Shown here in pieces: positions 29,728 through 39,474 of a stretch of 64,000 bases of DNA; the first letter of the stretch is position 1, and each line of letters opens with the position of its first letter. Made by a program: the position numbers and the translations under genes. This DNA is from an uncultured cyanobacterium (lineage in GTDB: Bacteria; Cyanobacteriota; Cyanobacteriia; PCC-6307; Cyanobiaceae), in NCBI GenBank assembly GCA_963697335.1, contig CAVONQ010000001.1, forward strand, positions 1 through 64,000. The letters are read 5' to 3'. The notes under the pieces were generated by a model, which had not been told where the DNA came from, made no database searches, and was given only the letters and a program-made list of their open reading frames with translations.

Positions 29728-29928
29728 TCAGGGCAGCGGGCGGTTGATGCGGATCGCCACCAGCAGGGAGGCCAGGGTGCCAGGAGCGCTCAACCCGAGA
29801 ATCCAGCGGGTGGGCGTGATGCCAAGGTCTGGGTCTCCGTAGGCCAGTTCGAACACTGAGCCAGTGGCGGCGATACCCAGCAGGCAGGCCAGGGCCAGAA
29901 AGATCCCGGCCAGGGGCTTCATCGGCAT
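29728..29928 (-). CDS. Small membrane protein
   Basis: Two TM segments around GSVFELAYG.P.LG; directly downstream of def. Confidence 0.75.
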   Translation of the reverse strand: MPMKPLAGIFLALACLLGIAATGSVFELAYGDPDLGITPTRWILGLSAPGTLASLLVAIRINRPLP

Positions 29929-29934
29929 GGGCGG

Positions 29935-30540
29935 TCAGCGGATCGGGTGAACGGCTTGGCGGTCGAAGCCCTTCTGCTGGAGCTCCTCGGTGAGGCTGAT
30001 CTCGTCGGTGACGCGATCCACAAACAGCACCCCATTGAGGTGGTCCATCTCGTGCTGGATGCAGCGCGCCAGCAGCCCATCGGTGCTGAGCTTCTGGGGA
30101 CGACCCATCTCATCGCGGAAGCTCACTTCCGCCGTGGCCGGGCGCACCACATTGAGATACACCCCGGGAATGCTCAGGCAGCCCTCTTCGTAGGTGTCGA
30201 TGGCGCCGCCGAAGGAGCGGATCTCGGGGTTGATCAACACCAGCGGAGGCGTGGCCGGGTTCTCGGGATCGAGATCGATCACCAGCAGCTGCTTGTGAAC
30301 CCCCACCTGGGGGGCCGCCAGGCCGATGCCCTTGGCGCTGTACATGCTGCGCAGCATGTTGCGGGCCAGCTCTCGCACGGACTCATCCACCTTGCTGATC
30401 CGCTTGGCCGGAGTGCGCAGCACGGCATCGCCCAGGGTGTGAATCTGCAGCGGAGGCTCATCCAGGGCCTCTTTGGGCACCTGTACCGTGCGGCCTTTGA
30501 GTTCCGCCGAGCGCGCCATCTGGGCGAAGCTGCGAGCCAA
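29935..30540 (-). CDS. def: Peptide deformylase
   Basis: GIGLAAPQ, EGCLS, QHEMDH. Confidence 0.97.
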   Translation of the reverse strand: MARSFAQMARSAELKGRTVQVPKEALDEPPLQIHTLGDAVLRTPAKRISKVDESVRELARNMLRSMYSAKGIGLAAPQVGVHKQLLVIDLDPENPATPPLVLINPEIRSFGGAIDTYEEGCLSIPGVYLNVVRPATAEVSFRDEMGRPQKLSTDGLLARCIQHEMDHLNGVLFVDRVTDEISLTEELQQKGFDRQAVHPIR

Positions 30541-30604
30541 GGACCCTTCCTATGGAGTTGATGTCAGTTTAGGGCGACAGGCCCTGCGTTCTGGAGCGAG
30601 CCCC

Positions 30605-32590
30605 ATGAACCCTCGTCAGCCTCCAGAGCCCCTGCCGGCGGACACCGCGGTCGGCCGCAGCGCCAGCTTTCTCGAGCCCCGCCTCTGGGGCCCGCACCGG
30701 CTCTGGCTGGAGCAACGGCCCCAGGAGCAGGGCCGCACCACCCTGTTGCTGCGCTGCGGCGACGACGGCCCGGTGATCGAGCTCACGCCAGCGCCCTGGA
30801 ACCTGCGCAGCCGCCTGCATGGCTATGGCGGCGGGGCCTATGCGATCGGGGATGGCGAACTGGTGTTCGTGCACGACGGCGATCGCTGCCTCTGGCACCT
30901 GCGCCTCGACCCGGCCTCGGGACGCCCCCTGGCGGCACCGCGGCGCCTGACGCCGCCCGACCGGGGCGATGGCTCCGGTCAGGATGGCCCCGGTCCGAAT
31001 GGTCCCGTTCTCGCCGACGGGCTGATCGACCCGGGGCGCCAGCGCTGGATCGGAGTGCTGGAGCAGGGCGGCCACGACCAGCTGGTGAGCGTGCCCCTCG
31101 CGGGCCCCCTGACGGGAGGCCAGCCGCCCCAGCCGCTCCACCAGGCCGAGGACTTCTGCGCCTACCCCTGCCTGAGTCCCGATGGCAGCCAGCTCGCCTG
31201 GGTGGAGTGGCAGCAGCCGTTCATGCCCTGGCAGCGCAGCCAGCTCTGGCTGGCGGAACTGGATGGGCAGGGAACGCTGCTGCAGCCGCGCGTTGTGGCG
31301 GGTTCGGGGCCTGACGATCCCCGGGGGATCTCGGTGTTCCAGCCCCTCTGGATCGGCCCCCAGGCGCTCGTGGTGGCCTCCGATGAGAGCGGCTGGTGGA
31401 ACCTGCAGCGGCTCGACACAGCCCAGCCGGCCCCCCCGCGCTGGCAGCCACTGCTGCCGCTGCAGGCCGAGTTCGCCCTGCCCCAGTGGGTGAGCGGCCT
31501 GCGCACCAGCGCCTGGGATGGCTCCGTGCTGGTGGCGGCGGCCTGTCGGGCCGGCTGCTGGGAGCTGGGCCAGGTGGTCCTGGAAGGGCCTGCGGCCGGC
31601 AGCGCCGCGGCCTGGCAGCCACTGGCCGTGCCCTTTGACGATCTGGCGGGCCTGGATGCCGCCGGCGGCACCGTGCTCGCCCTGGCCAGCCATCCCACCA
31701 CCCCCCAGGGGTTGCTGGAGCTGGAGCTGGCCAGCGGCAGCTGGCGCCACACCCCCGCGGCACCCGCCCCCCTCACCGCCGAGCAGATCGAGGCACCCCG
31801 GGCCCTCTGGTTCGAGGGCCACGGCGGGGCCCGCACCCATGCCTGGTTCCATCCGCCCAGGGGAGGCGCCACCGCCGCTTCGCCCCTGCTGGTGAAGGGC
31901 CACAGCGGCCCCACCGGCATGGCCCGCCGGGGCCTGCAGCTGGCCATCCAGTTCTGGACCAGCCGCGGCTGGGGGGTGGTGGACGTGAACTACGGCGGCT
32001 CCACCGGCTTCGGCCGCGCCTACCGGGAGCGGCTCGATGGCCAGTGGGGGGTGGTGGATGTGGCCGACTGCGCCGCTGCGGCCGAGGCCCTGGTGGCCGC
32101 CGGGGCAGCCAGCGGCCAGCGGATTGCCATTGAAGGTGGCAGCGCCGGTGGCTTCACGGCCCTGGCGGCCCTCTGCTTCACCGAGGTGTTCCAGGCCGGC
32201 GCCAGCCGTTACGGGGTGGCCGATCCGGCGGCCCTGGCACGGCACAGCCATCGCTTCGAGGCGCGTTATCTCGACGGGCTGATCGGACCCTGGCCCGAAG
32301 CCGAGGCCACCTATCGGGCCAGGTCTCCCCTGGAACACGCCGGGCAGATCCACTGCCCGGTGATCTTCTTTCAGGGCCTCGAGGACACCGTGGTGCCACC
32401 CGAGCAGACCGACAGGATGGCGGCCGCCCTGGACGCCCGGGGGGTGCCGGTGGAGGTGCACCGCTTCGCCGGCGAAGGCCATGGCTTCCGCAGCGGCAGC
32501 GTGCAGGTGCAGGTGCTGGAGGCCACGGAGGCCTTCTTCAGGCGTCACTTTGCATTACAGGCCCTTCAGTCCCACGGACGAATGGGGTGA
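30605..32590 (+). CDS. S9 family (acylaminoacyl/prolyl oligo-) peptidase
   Basis: NYGGSTGFG, GGSAGG nucleophile, D.VVP, EGHGF. Confidence 0.92.
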   Translation: MNPRQPPEPLPADTAVGRSASFLEPRLWGPHRLWLEQRPQEQGRTTLLLRCGDDGPVIELTPAPWNLRSRLHGYGGGAYAIGDGELVFVHDGDRCLWHLRLDPASGRPLAAPRRLTPPDRGDGSGQDGPGPNGPVLADGLIDPGRQRWIGVLEQGGHDQLVSVPLAGPLTGGQPPQPLHQAEDFCAYPCLSPDGSQLAWVEWQQPFMPWQRSQLWLAELDGQGTLLQPRVVAGSGPDDPRGISVFQPLWIGPQALVVASDESGWWNLQRLDTAQPAPPRWQPLLPLQAEFALPQWVSGLRTSAWDGSVLVAAACRAGCWELGQVVLEGPAAGSAAAWQPLAVPFDDLAGLDAAGGTVLALASHPTTPQGLLELELASGSWRHTPAAPAPLTAEQIEAPRALWFEGHGGARTHAWFHPPRGGATAASPLLVKGHSGPTGMARRGLQLAIQFWTSRGWGVVDVNYGGSTGFGRAYRERLDGQWGVVDVADCAAAAEALVAAGAASGQRIAIEGGSAGGFTALAALCFTEVFQAGASRYGVADPAALARHSHRFEARYLDGLIGPWPEAEATYRARSPLEHAGQIHCPVIFFQGLEDTVVPPEQTDRMAAALDARGVPVEVHRFAGEGHGFRSGSVQVQVLEATEAFFRRHFALQALQSHGRMG

Positions 32591-33186
32591 CGCCGGCTAG
32601 CAACGGTTCAGCCCCGTCACTCCTCCCCATGTCCCGCCTGCTGCGCTGGGGCCTTGCCCTGGCCCTGGGCTCCGCTCTCCTGATCGCGGGCCTGCTGCTG
32701 CTGCCGTTCTCGGAATGGATGCCCGGCGGCACGGTGGGCGACATCCCCACCAGCACCGTGGTGAACGGCAGCGCCTTCAACCGCCTGTTCCCCACCCCGG
32801 GCCCCGGCGAGGAGTTGGTGTTCACCCAGGAAAAGCGGGGCTTCAGCCAGGCCCGCCTCAAGCAGGGGGGCGAGGCCCTGGCCCTGCTGGCCATCTCCGA
32901 CACCACGACAGCCCCTGAGGCTCGTCAGAAGTTCGAGTCCAGCGCCGACACGCTCAAAGGCTGGCCGCTGGTGGAGCAGGGCCAGCAGGCCAGCGCCCTG
33001 CTGGTGGCCGAGCGCTTCCAGGTGAAGGTGATCGGCCAGGAAAAGGGGCTGGACCTGGCCCAGCGCCATGAGCTGCTGGAGGCCTTCGACCTGCCCGGCC
33101 TGGCCGCCCTGCCCCAGCCCAAGGGGAACCGCCAGGTCCTCAAACCGGCCCGGCCGGCGCTCAACCCCGCCCCGAACCCCGCATGA
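32587..33186 (+). CDS. Hypothetical membrane-anchored protein
   Basis: N-terminal TM; overlaps both neighbours by 4 nt; alternative start 32629. Confidence 0.75.
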   Translation: MTPASNGSAPSLLPMSRLLRWGLALALGSALLIAGLLLLPFSEWMPGGTVGDIPTSTVVNGSAFNRLFPTPGPGEELVFTQEKRGFSQARLKQGGEALALLAISDTTTAPEARQKFESSADTLKGWPLVEQGQQASALLVAERFQVKVIGQEKGLDLAQRHELLEAFDLPGLAALPQPKGNRQVLKPARPALNPAPNPA

Positions 33187-34070
33187 GCCGCACCGTTCTG
33201 GAACGACTGGAGCGCCTGCCCCGGCGCAACCTCACGGTGCTGGCCCTCAAGGGCATCAGCACCCTGGTGCCAGGGAGCTGGCAGAACACCACCCAGCCCG
33301 ATGTGCTGATTGCCGAGGTGCTGGGCAGCACCGATCCGCAGCTGATCGCCCAGGTGCGTGCCCGCGCCGACACCCTCAGCCGCGCCCGCCATGAGGGCTA
33401 TGGCCGCGCCCTGAGCCTCTACGACGCCGTCAACCGATCCCAGAAGGCCACCGGTGGCCTGCGGCTGGCGGCCAACATCGGCGCCGCCCTGCCCCTGGTC
33501 AAGGGCCTGGCCAACCTCACCCCCGCCAGCGACACCCTGCAGGCCACCGACCTGGCCCTCAAGGTGTCGGCCGAACTGCTGGCCTTCACCCAGGTGAACG
33601 GCCTGCCAGGAGACAGCTTCGGCGACTTCAGCGCCTCCCTGGCCGACTACGCCGGCGATGCCCGGGTGCGGATGGCGGCCATGCTCTGCTTCGACGCCCT
33701 GCTGCCCCTGGGCGATCGGGCCCTGGAGCGCCTCGACGGCCTGCTGGGCCAGGTGGGCAGTGGCGATCTCAACCAACTGCCGGGCTACCGGGCCATGGCG
33801 CCCCTGATCCCCGGCCGCGGCGAGCAGGCCCACCTGGGCTTCCTGCGGCGGGGTGTGGACTCCTGGCTGGGCTGGGCCGGGGGCTTCGTGAGCAGCCTCG
33901 GCCTCAGCGGCCAGAAGGCCGTGCAGGCCCTAGAGGGCAGCCTCGGGCCCTGGCAGGGGCGCTTCGAGCAGCTGGCCACCTTCCTGGACGCCTTCACTGA
34001 CACCTACCAGCACACCGGCACCCAGGCCGTGGCCAGAAGGCTGGTGGAGCGCGCCGCCGCCGAGATCTGA
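33183..34070 (+). CDS. Hypothetical protein
   Basis: 295-aa ORF with host codon style; ATGA overlap with the upstream gene. Confidence 0.8.
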   Translation: MSRTVLERLERLPRRNLTVLALKGISTLVPGSWQNTTQPDVLIAEVLGSTDPQLIAQVRARADTLSRARHEGYGRALSLYDAVNRSQKATGGLRLAANIGAALPLVKGLANLTPASDTLQATDLALKVSAELLAFTQVNGLPGDSFGDFSASLADYAGDARVRMAAMLCFDALLPLGDRALERLDGLLGQVGSGDLNQLPGYRAMAPLIPGRGEQAHLGFLRRGVDSWLGWAGGFVSSLGLSGQKAVQALEGSLGPWQGRFEQLATFLDAFTDTYQHTGTQAVARRLVERAAAEI

Positions 34071-34133
34071 GGCCCTCACCGGACCCGAAACCGGACCCTA
34101 GGATCCCCGTGCCAGCCAGATCCGGCTGACGTC

Positions 34134-35549
34134 ATGGGCCTGCAGGCGTTGGTGAGCTCGGAACTGATCGCGTGGGGTTCGACAGTTCTCGGGGCCGGAG
34201 GATTGCTGCTTCTTGAACGGGGCGCCTGGCTGGTGCTGGCCCTGGGCCTGCTGGCTGTGCTGCTGCTGGTGGCCGGCTGGGTGGCCCGGCGCCTGTCGCT
34301 GATGGTATGGGGCATTCCAGAGGCGCTGCTGGCCGGGGTGCTCGGCCTGCTGCTGGCGCCTGCGGGAGTTCTGCCCTGGTTGCCCCAGCCGGTGATGGAC
34401 ATCTGGGCAGAGCTGCCCCAGGTGCTGCTCACCCTCGTGTTCGCCTGCCTGATGCTGGGCAAGCCCCTGCCCACCCTGGCCGGGCTGTGGCGGCCGGTAT
34501 CGGGCCAGGTGTCCCTGGCGCTGGTGCTCGCCTTTGGCCAGTACCTGGTGGGGGGCCTGGTGGTGCTGTGGATCCTCGAACCGCGACTGGGGGTGAGCCC
34601 GGTGATGGCCTGCCTGATTGAGGTGGCCTTCGAAGGTGGGCACGGCTCCGCCGCCGCCATGGGGCCGAGTTACGCGGCCCTCGGCTTCCCCGGAGGCCAG
34701 GCCCTGGGGCTCACCCTGGCCTCCGCCGGGCTGGTGGCCTCCACCCTGGTGGGGGGCCTGGTGGTGCTGCTGGGCCGGCAGCGTGGCTGGCTCACGATCG
34801 ACGCCGCCAGCATCAGCGAGCTGCCTCGCACCGGCAGCCTCGAACCCAAGCCACACCCTGGCGCCGCCGCCTGGCTGGTGAATCTGGCCCTCTCGGGCTG
34901 TGCCGTGCTGGTGGGGCTGGCCCTGCTGGGGCTGCTGCGGCTGGGTGGCGCCCTGGTGGGGGGCGGCATCGACACCGTGGTGGAAGACCTGCCGGTGTTC
35001 CCCTTCGCCATCGTGGGATCGCTGCTGGTGCGACTGCTGCTGGAGCGCACCGGCCAGGCCGGCCGGGCCTCGGCGCCGGTGCAGACGCGGCTCAGCACCC
35101 TCTCCGCCGACCTGCTGATCACCGCCGCCACCGCCGGGCTGGACCTGGCCTTGCTTCGCGCCGACTGGCTGCCCCTCTCGGTGCTGATCGGCGCTGGCCT
35201 GGTCTGGAACCTGGCGGTGGTGCTGCTGCTGGCACCACGGATCCTGCCCCGCGACTGGTTTGAGCGGGCCGTGATCGAGTTCGGCCAGGCCACGGGGGTG
35301 GCGGCCAGTGGTCTGGTGCTACTCCACATGGCCGATCCCTTTGACCGCAGCACCGCCCTGCAGGCCTTTTCGATCAAGCAACTGATGCTGCAGCCGTTTC
35401 TGGCGGGGGGGGTGATCACCGTGGTGGCGCCCCTGGCCGTGGCCGGCTGGGGGCTGGCCACCTGGACTGGACTCTGTCTGGCGCTGGTGCTCGTGTTCGC
35501 CACCACGGGAATTGTGCTGGCCGGAGCACGGCCCCAGCTCCCGGCCTGA
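34134..35549 (+). CDS. Sodium:glutamate symporter family protein (GltS-like)
   Basis: Multiple TM segments; FEGGHG and FGQATG motifs. Confidence 0.85.
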   Translation: MGLQALVSSELIAWGSTVLGAGGLLLLERGAWLVLALGLLAVLLLVAGWVARRLSLMVWGIPEALLAGVLGLLLAPAGVLPWLPQPVMDIWAELPQVLLTLVFACLMLGKPLPTLAGLWRPVSGQVSLALVLAFGQYLVGGLVVLWILEPRLGVSPVMACLIEVAFEGGHGSAAAMGPSYAALGFPGGQALGLTLASAGLVASTLVGGLVVLLGRQRGWLTIDAASISELPRTGSLEPKPHPGAAAWLVNLALSGCAVLVGLALLGLLRLGGALVGGGIDTVVEDLPVFPFAIVGSLLVRLLLERTGQAGRASAPVQTRLSTLSADLLITAATAGLDLALLRADWLPLSVLIGAGLVWNLAVVLLLAPRILPRDWFERAVIEFGQATGVAASGLVLLHMADPFDRSTALQAFSIKQLMLQPFLAGGVITVVAPLAVAGWGLATWTGLCLALVLVFATTGIVLAGARPQLPA

Positions 35550-35575
35550 GAGCGAGCGGCCGAGCCCGCGCGGGA

Positions 35576-36250
35576 TCAGGCCCGCCCCTGCTCGCCGTAG
35601 TGGAGAGCGGCCATGGTGTGCGCCACCCGGGCCATCTCCTCGGCCGAGAGCTGGGGCGGTTCGCCCAGCTGCAGGGCCTGCAGGTACATGTGGGCGAGGG
35701 TTTCCACCTCGATCGCCAGGCCCAGCGCCTGCTCGGGGCTGTCACCCAGGGTCACCTGGCCGTGCTGGGCCAGCAGGCAGGCGCGGCGCCCGCTCAGGGC
35801 CTGCAGGGCGAGATCGGAAAGCTGCTGGCTGCCGAAGGTGGCGTAGGGAGCGCAGCGGATGTCCGGCCCCCCAGCCATCACCACCATGTAGTGGAACGGG
35901 GGAAGCCCGCGACCATGGCAGGCCAGGGCGGTGGCCTGGATCGAATGGCAGTGCACCACCGCATTCAGCTCCGGCCGGCTGCGCAGCAGGTCCGCATGCA
36001 GCCGCCACTCTGAGGAGGGTCGCAGGCCCTCCGCACGCGGCACGGCATCCAGGGGCTGGCCCTGGAGATCGATGGCGCACAGGTCGGCGGGCTCCATCCG
36101 TTCGTAGGGCGTGCCACTGGGAGTGATCAGCAGGCCCCCGGGGATCCGGGCTGAGAGGTTGCCGGAGGTTCCCTGGTTGATCCCCGCGCTGTTCATCCGT
36201 CGGGCCGCCAGCACCAGGGCCTGGCGCAGCTCGAGCTCCGGGCTGGCCAT
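35576..36250 (-). CDS. Class II aldolase (FucA/Ald2-like)
   Basis: GTSGNLS, ITPSG, PSSEWRLH, HCH, YATFGS, HG. Confidence 0.92.
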   Translation of the reverse strand: MASPELELRQALVLAARRMNSAGINQGTSGNLSARIPGGLLITPSGTPYERMEPADLCAIDLQGQPLDAVPRAEGLRPSSEWRLHADLLRSRPELNAVVHCHSIQATALACHGRGLPPFHYMVVMAGGPDIRCAPYATFGSQQLSDLALQALSGRRACLLAQHGQVTLGDSPEQALGLAIEVETLAHMYLQALQLGEPPQLSAEEMARVAHTMAALHYGEQGRA

Positions 36251-36275
36251 GGGTGGGGGCGCAGGAATCCCGAGG

Positions 36276-37472
36276 CTAGAGACCAGCGGAGCTGGCCTCC
36301 GGCGAACGTCCCGCGCCGCCCGAACTGCCCGCGCCGCCCAAGTTTCCATAGAGCCCCAGCAGGCCGGCCTCGCTGGCCGGGGCCACGCCCCGCTCGGTGA
36401 TCAGGGCTGTCACCAACCGGGCCGGTGTGACGTCGAAGGCCGGATTGAAGCCCTCGCTGCCAGCAGGAGTGAGGGCCACCGTGGCGTGCTCCATGGCCGC
36501 GGACTCTCCAGCAGCGGCGCTGGTGCCCCTGTTCAGCAGGCGACCGCTGATCTGGGTCACCTCACTGCCGGAGCGGGCCTCGATCGGAATCTCCGCGAGG
36601 CCGTCGCGCAGGCTCCAGTCGATGGTGGAGCCCGGCAGGGCCACGTAAAAGGGCACGCCGTTGTCGTGGGCGGCGAGGGCCTTGAGGTAGGTGCCGATCT
36701 TGTTGCACACATCGCCGCTGCGGGTGGTGCGATCGGTGCCCACGATCACGGCGTCCACCAGACCGTGCTGCATCAGGTGGCCGCCGGCGTTGTCCACGAT
36801 CACGGTGTGGGGCACCCCCTCCCGACCCAGCTCGAAGGCGGTGAGGCTGGCGCCCTGGTTGCGCGGCCTGGTCTCGTCCACCCACACGTGCAGGTCCAGG
36901 CCAGCGCGGTGGGCCTTGTAGATCGGCGCCAGGGCCGTGCCCCAGTCCACCGTGGCCAGCCAGCCGGCATTGCAGTGGGTGAGCACCTGGAACGGCCGCC
37001 CCTGGCGTTCGACCGCTCGGCCGGCGGCCAAGGCCTCAAACAGCGCCAGGCCGTGGTCGCCGATGGCCGCGCACATGGCCACGTCCTCCTCGGCGATCGC
37101 CGCGGCCTCGAGGCGCGCGGCCTCGGCCCGTTCCTGCTCCGGCAAGGCCTCCACCCGCTGGCGCACCCGCTGCAGCGCCCAGCGCAGGTTCACGGCCGTG
37201 GGCCGGGTGGCGTTGAGCTGCTCGTAGGCCTGGGCCAGAGCGGCGTCGCTGGGGTCAGCCTGCAGGGCCAGCATCAGGCCATAGGCACCGGTGACACCGA
37301 TCAGGGGCGCTCCCCGCACCACCATGCTGCGGATCGCCTCGGCCGCCGCGTCACAGCTGCTGAGCTGGCGGCTGGTGAAGCGGTGGGGCAGCAGGGTCTG
37401 GTCGATGACTCCCACCGAGCGCCCACCTGGCTCCAGCCAGATGGTGCGCCAGGCCTGGCCGTCAATGTTCAT
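36276..37472 (-). CDS. mtnA: S-methyl-5-thioribose-1-phosphate isomerase
   Basis: MVVRGAPLIG, RPTAVNL, THCNAG, DETRP, NKIGT, NPAFDVTP. Confidence 0.96.
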   Translation of the reverse strand: MNIDGQAWRTIWLEPGGRSVGVIDQTLLPHRFTSRQLSSCDAAAEAIRSMVVRGAPLIGVTGAYGLMLALQADPSDAALAQAYEQLNATRPTAVNLRWALQRVRQRVEALPEQERAEAARLEAAAIAEEDVAMCAAIGDHGLALFEALAAGRAVERQGRPFQVLTHCNAGWLATVDWGTALAPIYKAHRAGLDLHVWVDETRPRNQGASLTAFELGREGVPHTVIVDNAGGHLMQHGLVDAVIVGTDRTTRSGDVCNKIGTYLKALAAHDNGVPFYVALPGSTIDWSLRDGLAEIPIEARSGSEVTQISGRLLNRGTSAAAGESAAMEHATVALTPAGSEGFNPAFDVTPARLVTALITERGVAPASEAGLLGLYGNLGGAGSSGGAGRSPEASSAGL

Positions 37473-38098
37473 CGTTGGGAGGGGAAGGGGGGTGAGCAGG
37501 CGCTGTAGCCCAGCTGCTGGAAATCAGCCTGATACATGCGGCTGAGCGACTCAAGCGCAGCGCCATCGAGATCGGCCTCCCGATAGTGCTGCTTCGAGGC
37601 ATTGATCCGCGGCGCACCCGCCTCGAGCCGGGCGTCCACACCCAGCAGCGTCAGCAGGGTGTTGACATCGTCGGCAAAGCGCTCGAACCGACCCAGGAAC
37701 TGGGGCTGAACAGGCCTGATGCGCCTGAACTGGGGCACGAAGCCCGCATGCCGGCGGTAGAGATCCTGGGCCTGCAGGGCCTCCACCACCTGCGGCAGGC
37801 TGGGCTTCTCATCCAGCAGCCAAAGCCGAAAGCTGGAGATCACACCCCGGTGGGCCGGCTGCCGGTAGCGGCGTTCATGGCGCACCGCCATGTCCACGTA
37901 GTAGTTGCAGGCGCTGATGAAGCGGTCCACCGGATGCCGCACGAACGTGAAGCGGAACCAGCGCTGCCAGTCACCGGGCAGTCCCTTGCTGGAGTGGTGC
38001 TGATGGCGGTGGGGGAAGCCGAGCAGGCGCTCGATGGTCTGCCCCCCGGTCTTGGGAATGTGCAGGAACAGCGCCTTGCGCTCGGGAAGCAACAACAT
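37469..38098 (-). CDS. Sulfotransferase family 2 protein
   Basis: 5'-PSB-like FLHIPKTGG, 3'-PB-like FVRHPVDRFISA, and Y.ADF..LGY. Confidence 0.85.
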   Translation of the reverse strand: MLLLPERKALFLHIPKTGGQTIERLLGFPHRHQHHSSKGLPGDWQRWFRFTFVRHPVDRFISACNYYVDMAVRHERRYRQPAHRGVISSFRLWLLDEKPSLPQVVEALQAQDLYRRHAGFVPQFRRIRPVQPQFLGRFERFADDVNTLLTLLGVDARLEAGAPRINASKQHYREADLDGAALESLSRMYQADFQQLGYSACSPPFPSQR

Positions 38099-38130
38099 GG
38101 AGGAGTGGAGAAGGGCCCGGCAGCCCGATC

Positions 38131-39468
38131 TCAGCTGTGCTCCCGCAGAAAGGCGATCGTGCCCTCCAGTTCCTCGGCGAAGCGGTCGATCTCCTCGGGG
38201 GAGGTGGTGAAACTGAGACTGGCCCGCGCCGAGCCGGGGATCCCATAGAGCCGATGCAGCGGTTGGGTGCAGTGGTGGCCACTGCGGATGCAGATCCCGG
38301 CCGAATCGAGCAGGGCCGCCAGATCATTGGCGTGCAGGCCCTCCACGGTGAAGGCGGCGAGGGCACCGCGATCGGGCTGCTGGTCCGGGGTGGGCCCCAG
38401 AATCGTCACCCCGTCGATGGCCTTGAGCCGCTCGAACAGACGGCGTGTGAGCTGTTGCTCCCAGCGGTGGATCCGCTCCAGGCCGATCGATTGCAGGTAG
38501 TCGAGGGCCGCCCCCATGCCAATGGCCTCGCCGATGGCCGGGGTACCAGCCTCGAACTTGTGGGGCAGTTCAGCCCAGCTGCTGTGGTCGAGAAACACGT
38601 CCTGGATCATCTCACCGCCCCCCAGGAAGGGGGGCATGGCCTCCAGCAGGGCCTCGCGGGCCCAGAGGAAGCCCATGCCCGTGGGACCGCACAGCTTGTG
38701 GGAGCTGCCCACGAGGAAGTCGCAATCGAGGCGAGCCACATCCACGCTCAGGTGGGCCAGGCTCTGGCAGGCATCCACGAGCAGCAGCGCCCCCACGGCA
38801 TGGGCCAGGGGCGCAATCTCAGCGATCGGCGTGAGACAGCCGAGGGTGTTGCTCACGTGCACCAGGCTCACCAGCCGGGTGCGGTCGTTCAGCTGGGCGC
38901 GCAGATCGTCGAGGTCGAGCTCGCCGGTGGCCGTGAGGCCCACATGGCGCAGCACACAGCCGGTGCGGGCCGCCAGCAACTGCCAGGGCACCAGGTTGCT
39001 GTGGTGCTCCATCACCGAGAGCAGAATCTCATCGCCCGGCTTGAGATTGGCCTCGCCCCAGGTGCGAGCCACCAGGTTGATCGCCTCGCTGGCATTGCGG
39101 GTGAACACGATCTCCCGGGGGCTGGCCGCTCCTACAAAGGCGGCCGTCTTGGTCCTGGCGCCCTCAAAACCCTCAGTGGCCCTGGCGCTCAGCTGGTGGG
39201 CGCCGCGGTGCACGTTGGCGTTGTCATGGTCGTAGTAGCGCTGCAGGGCCGCCAGCACCTGGCGTGGCTTCTGGCTCGTGGCGGCGTGATCGAGATAGAT
39301 CAGCGGCTGGCCCAGGCAGGCCGTCTGGGCGAGCAGGGGAAAGTCCGGCCGCGTCAGCAGGGCCAGGTTGTCAGGCGCCATCCCGGCCGGCTCCGCTCCG
39401 GCAGGGCTGGAGAGCGGGGCGCTGTCGGGACTGGCGGCAGCCTTGGCGATGGCGGAGGTGATCGGCAT
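38131..39468 (-). CDS. sufS: Cysteine desulfurase SufS
   Basis: YLDHAATSQKP, EHHSN, SSHK, RSGHHC. Confidence 0.97.
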   Translation of the reverse strand: MPITSAIAKAAASPDSAPLSSPAGAEPAGMAPDNLALLTRPDFPLLAQTACLGQPLIYLDHAATSQKPRQVLAALQRYYDHDNANVHRGAHQLSARATEGFEGARTKTAAFVGAASPREIVFTRNASEAINLVARTWGEANLKPGDEILLSVMEHHSNLVPWQLLAARTGCVLRHVGLTATGELDLDDLRAQLNDRTRLVSLVHVSNTLGCLTPIAEIAPLAHAVGALLLVDACQSLAHLSVDVARLDCDFLVGSSHKLCGPTGMGFLWAREALLEAMPPFLGGGEMIQDVFLDHSSWAELPHKFEAGTPAIGEAIGMGAALDYLQSIGLERIHRWEQQLTRRLFERLKAIDGVTILGPTPDQQPDRGALAAFTVEGLHANDLAALLDSAGICIRSGHHCTQPLHRLYGIPGSARASLSFTTSPEEIDRFAEELEGTIAFLREHS

Positions 39469-39474
39469 GGAGCT

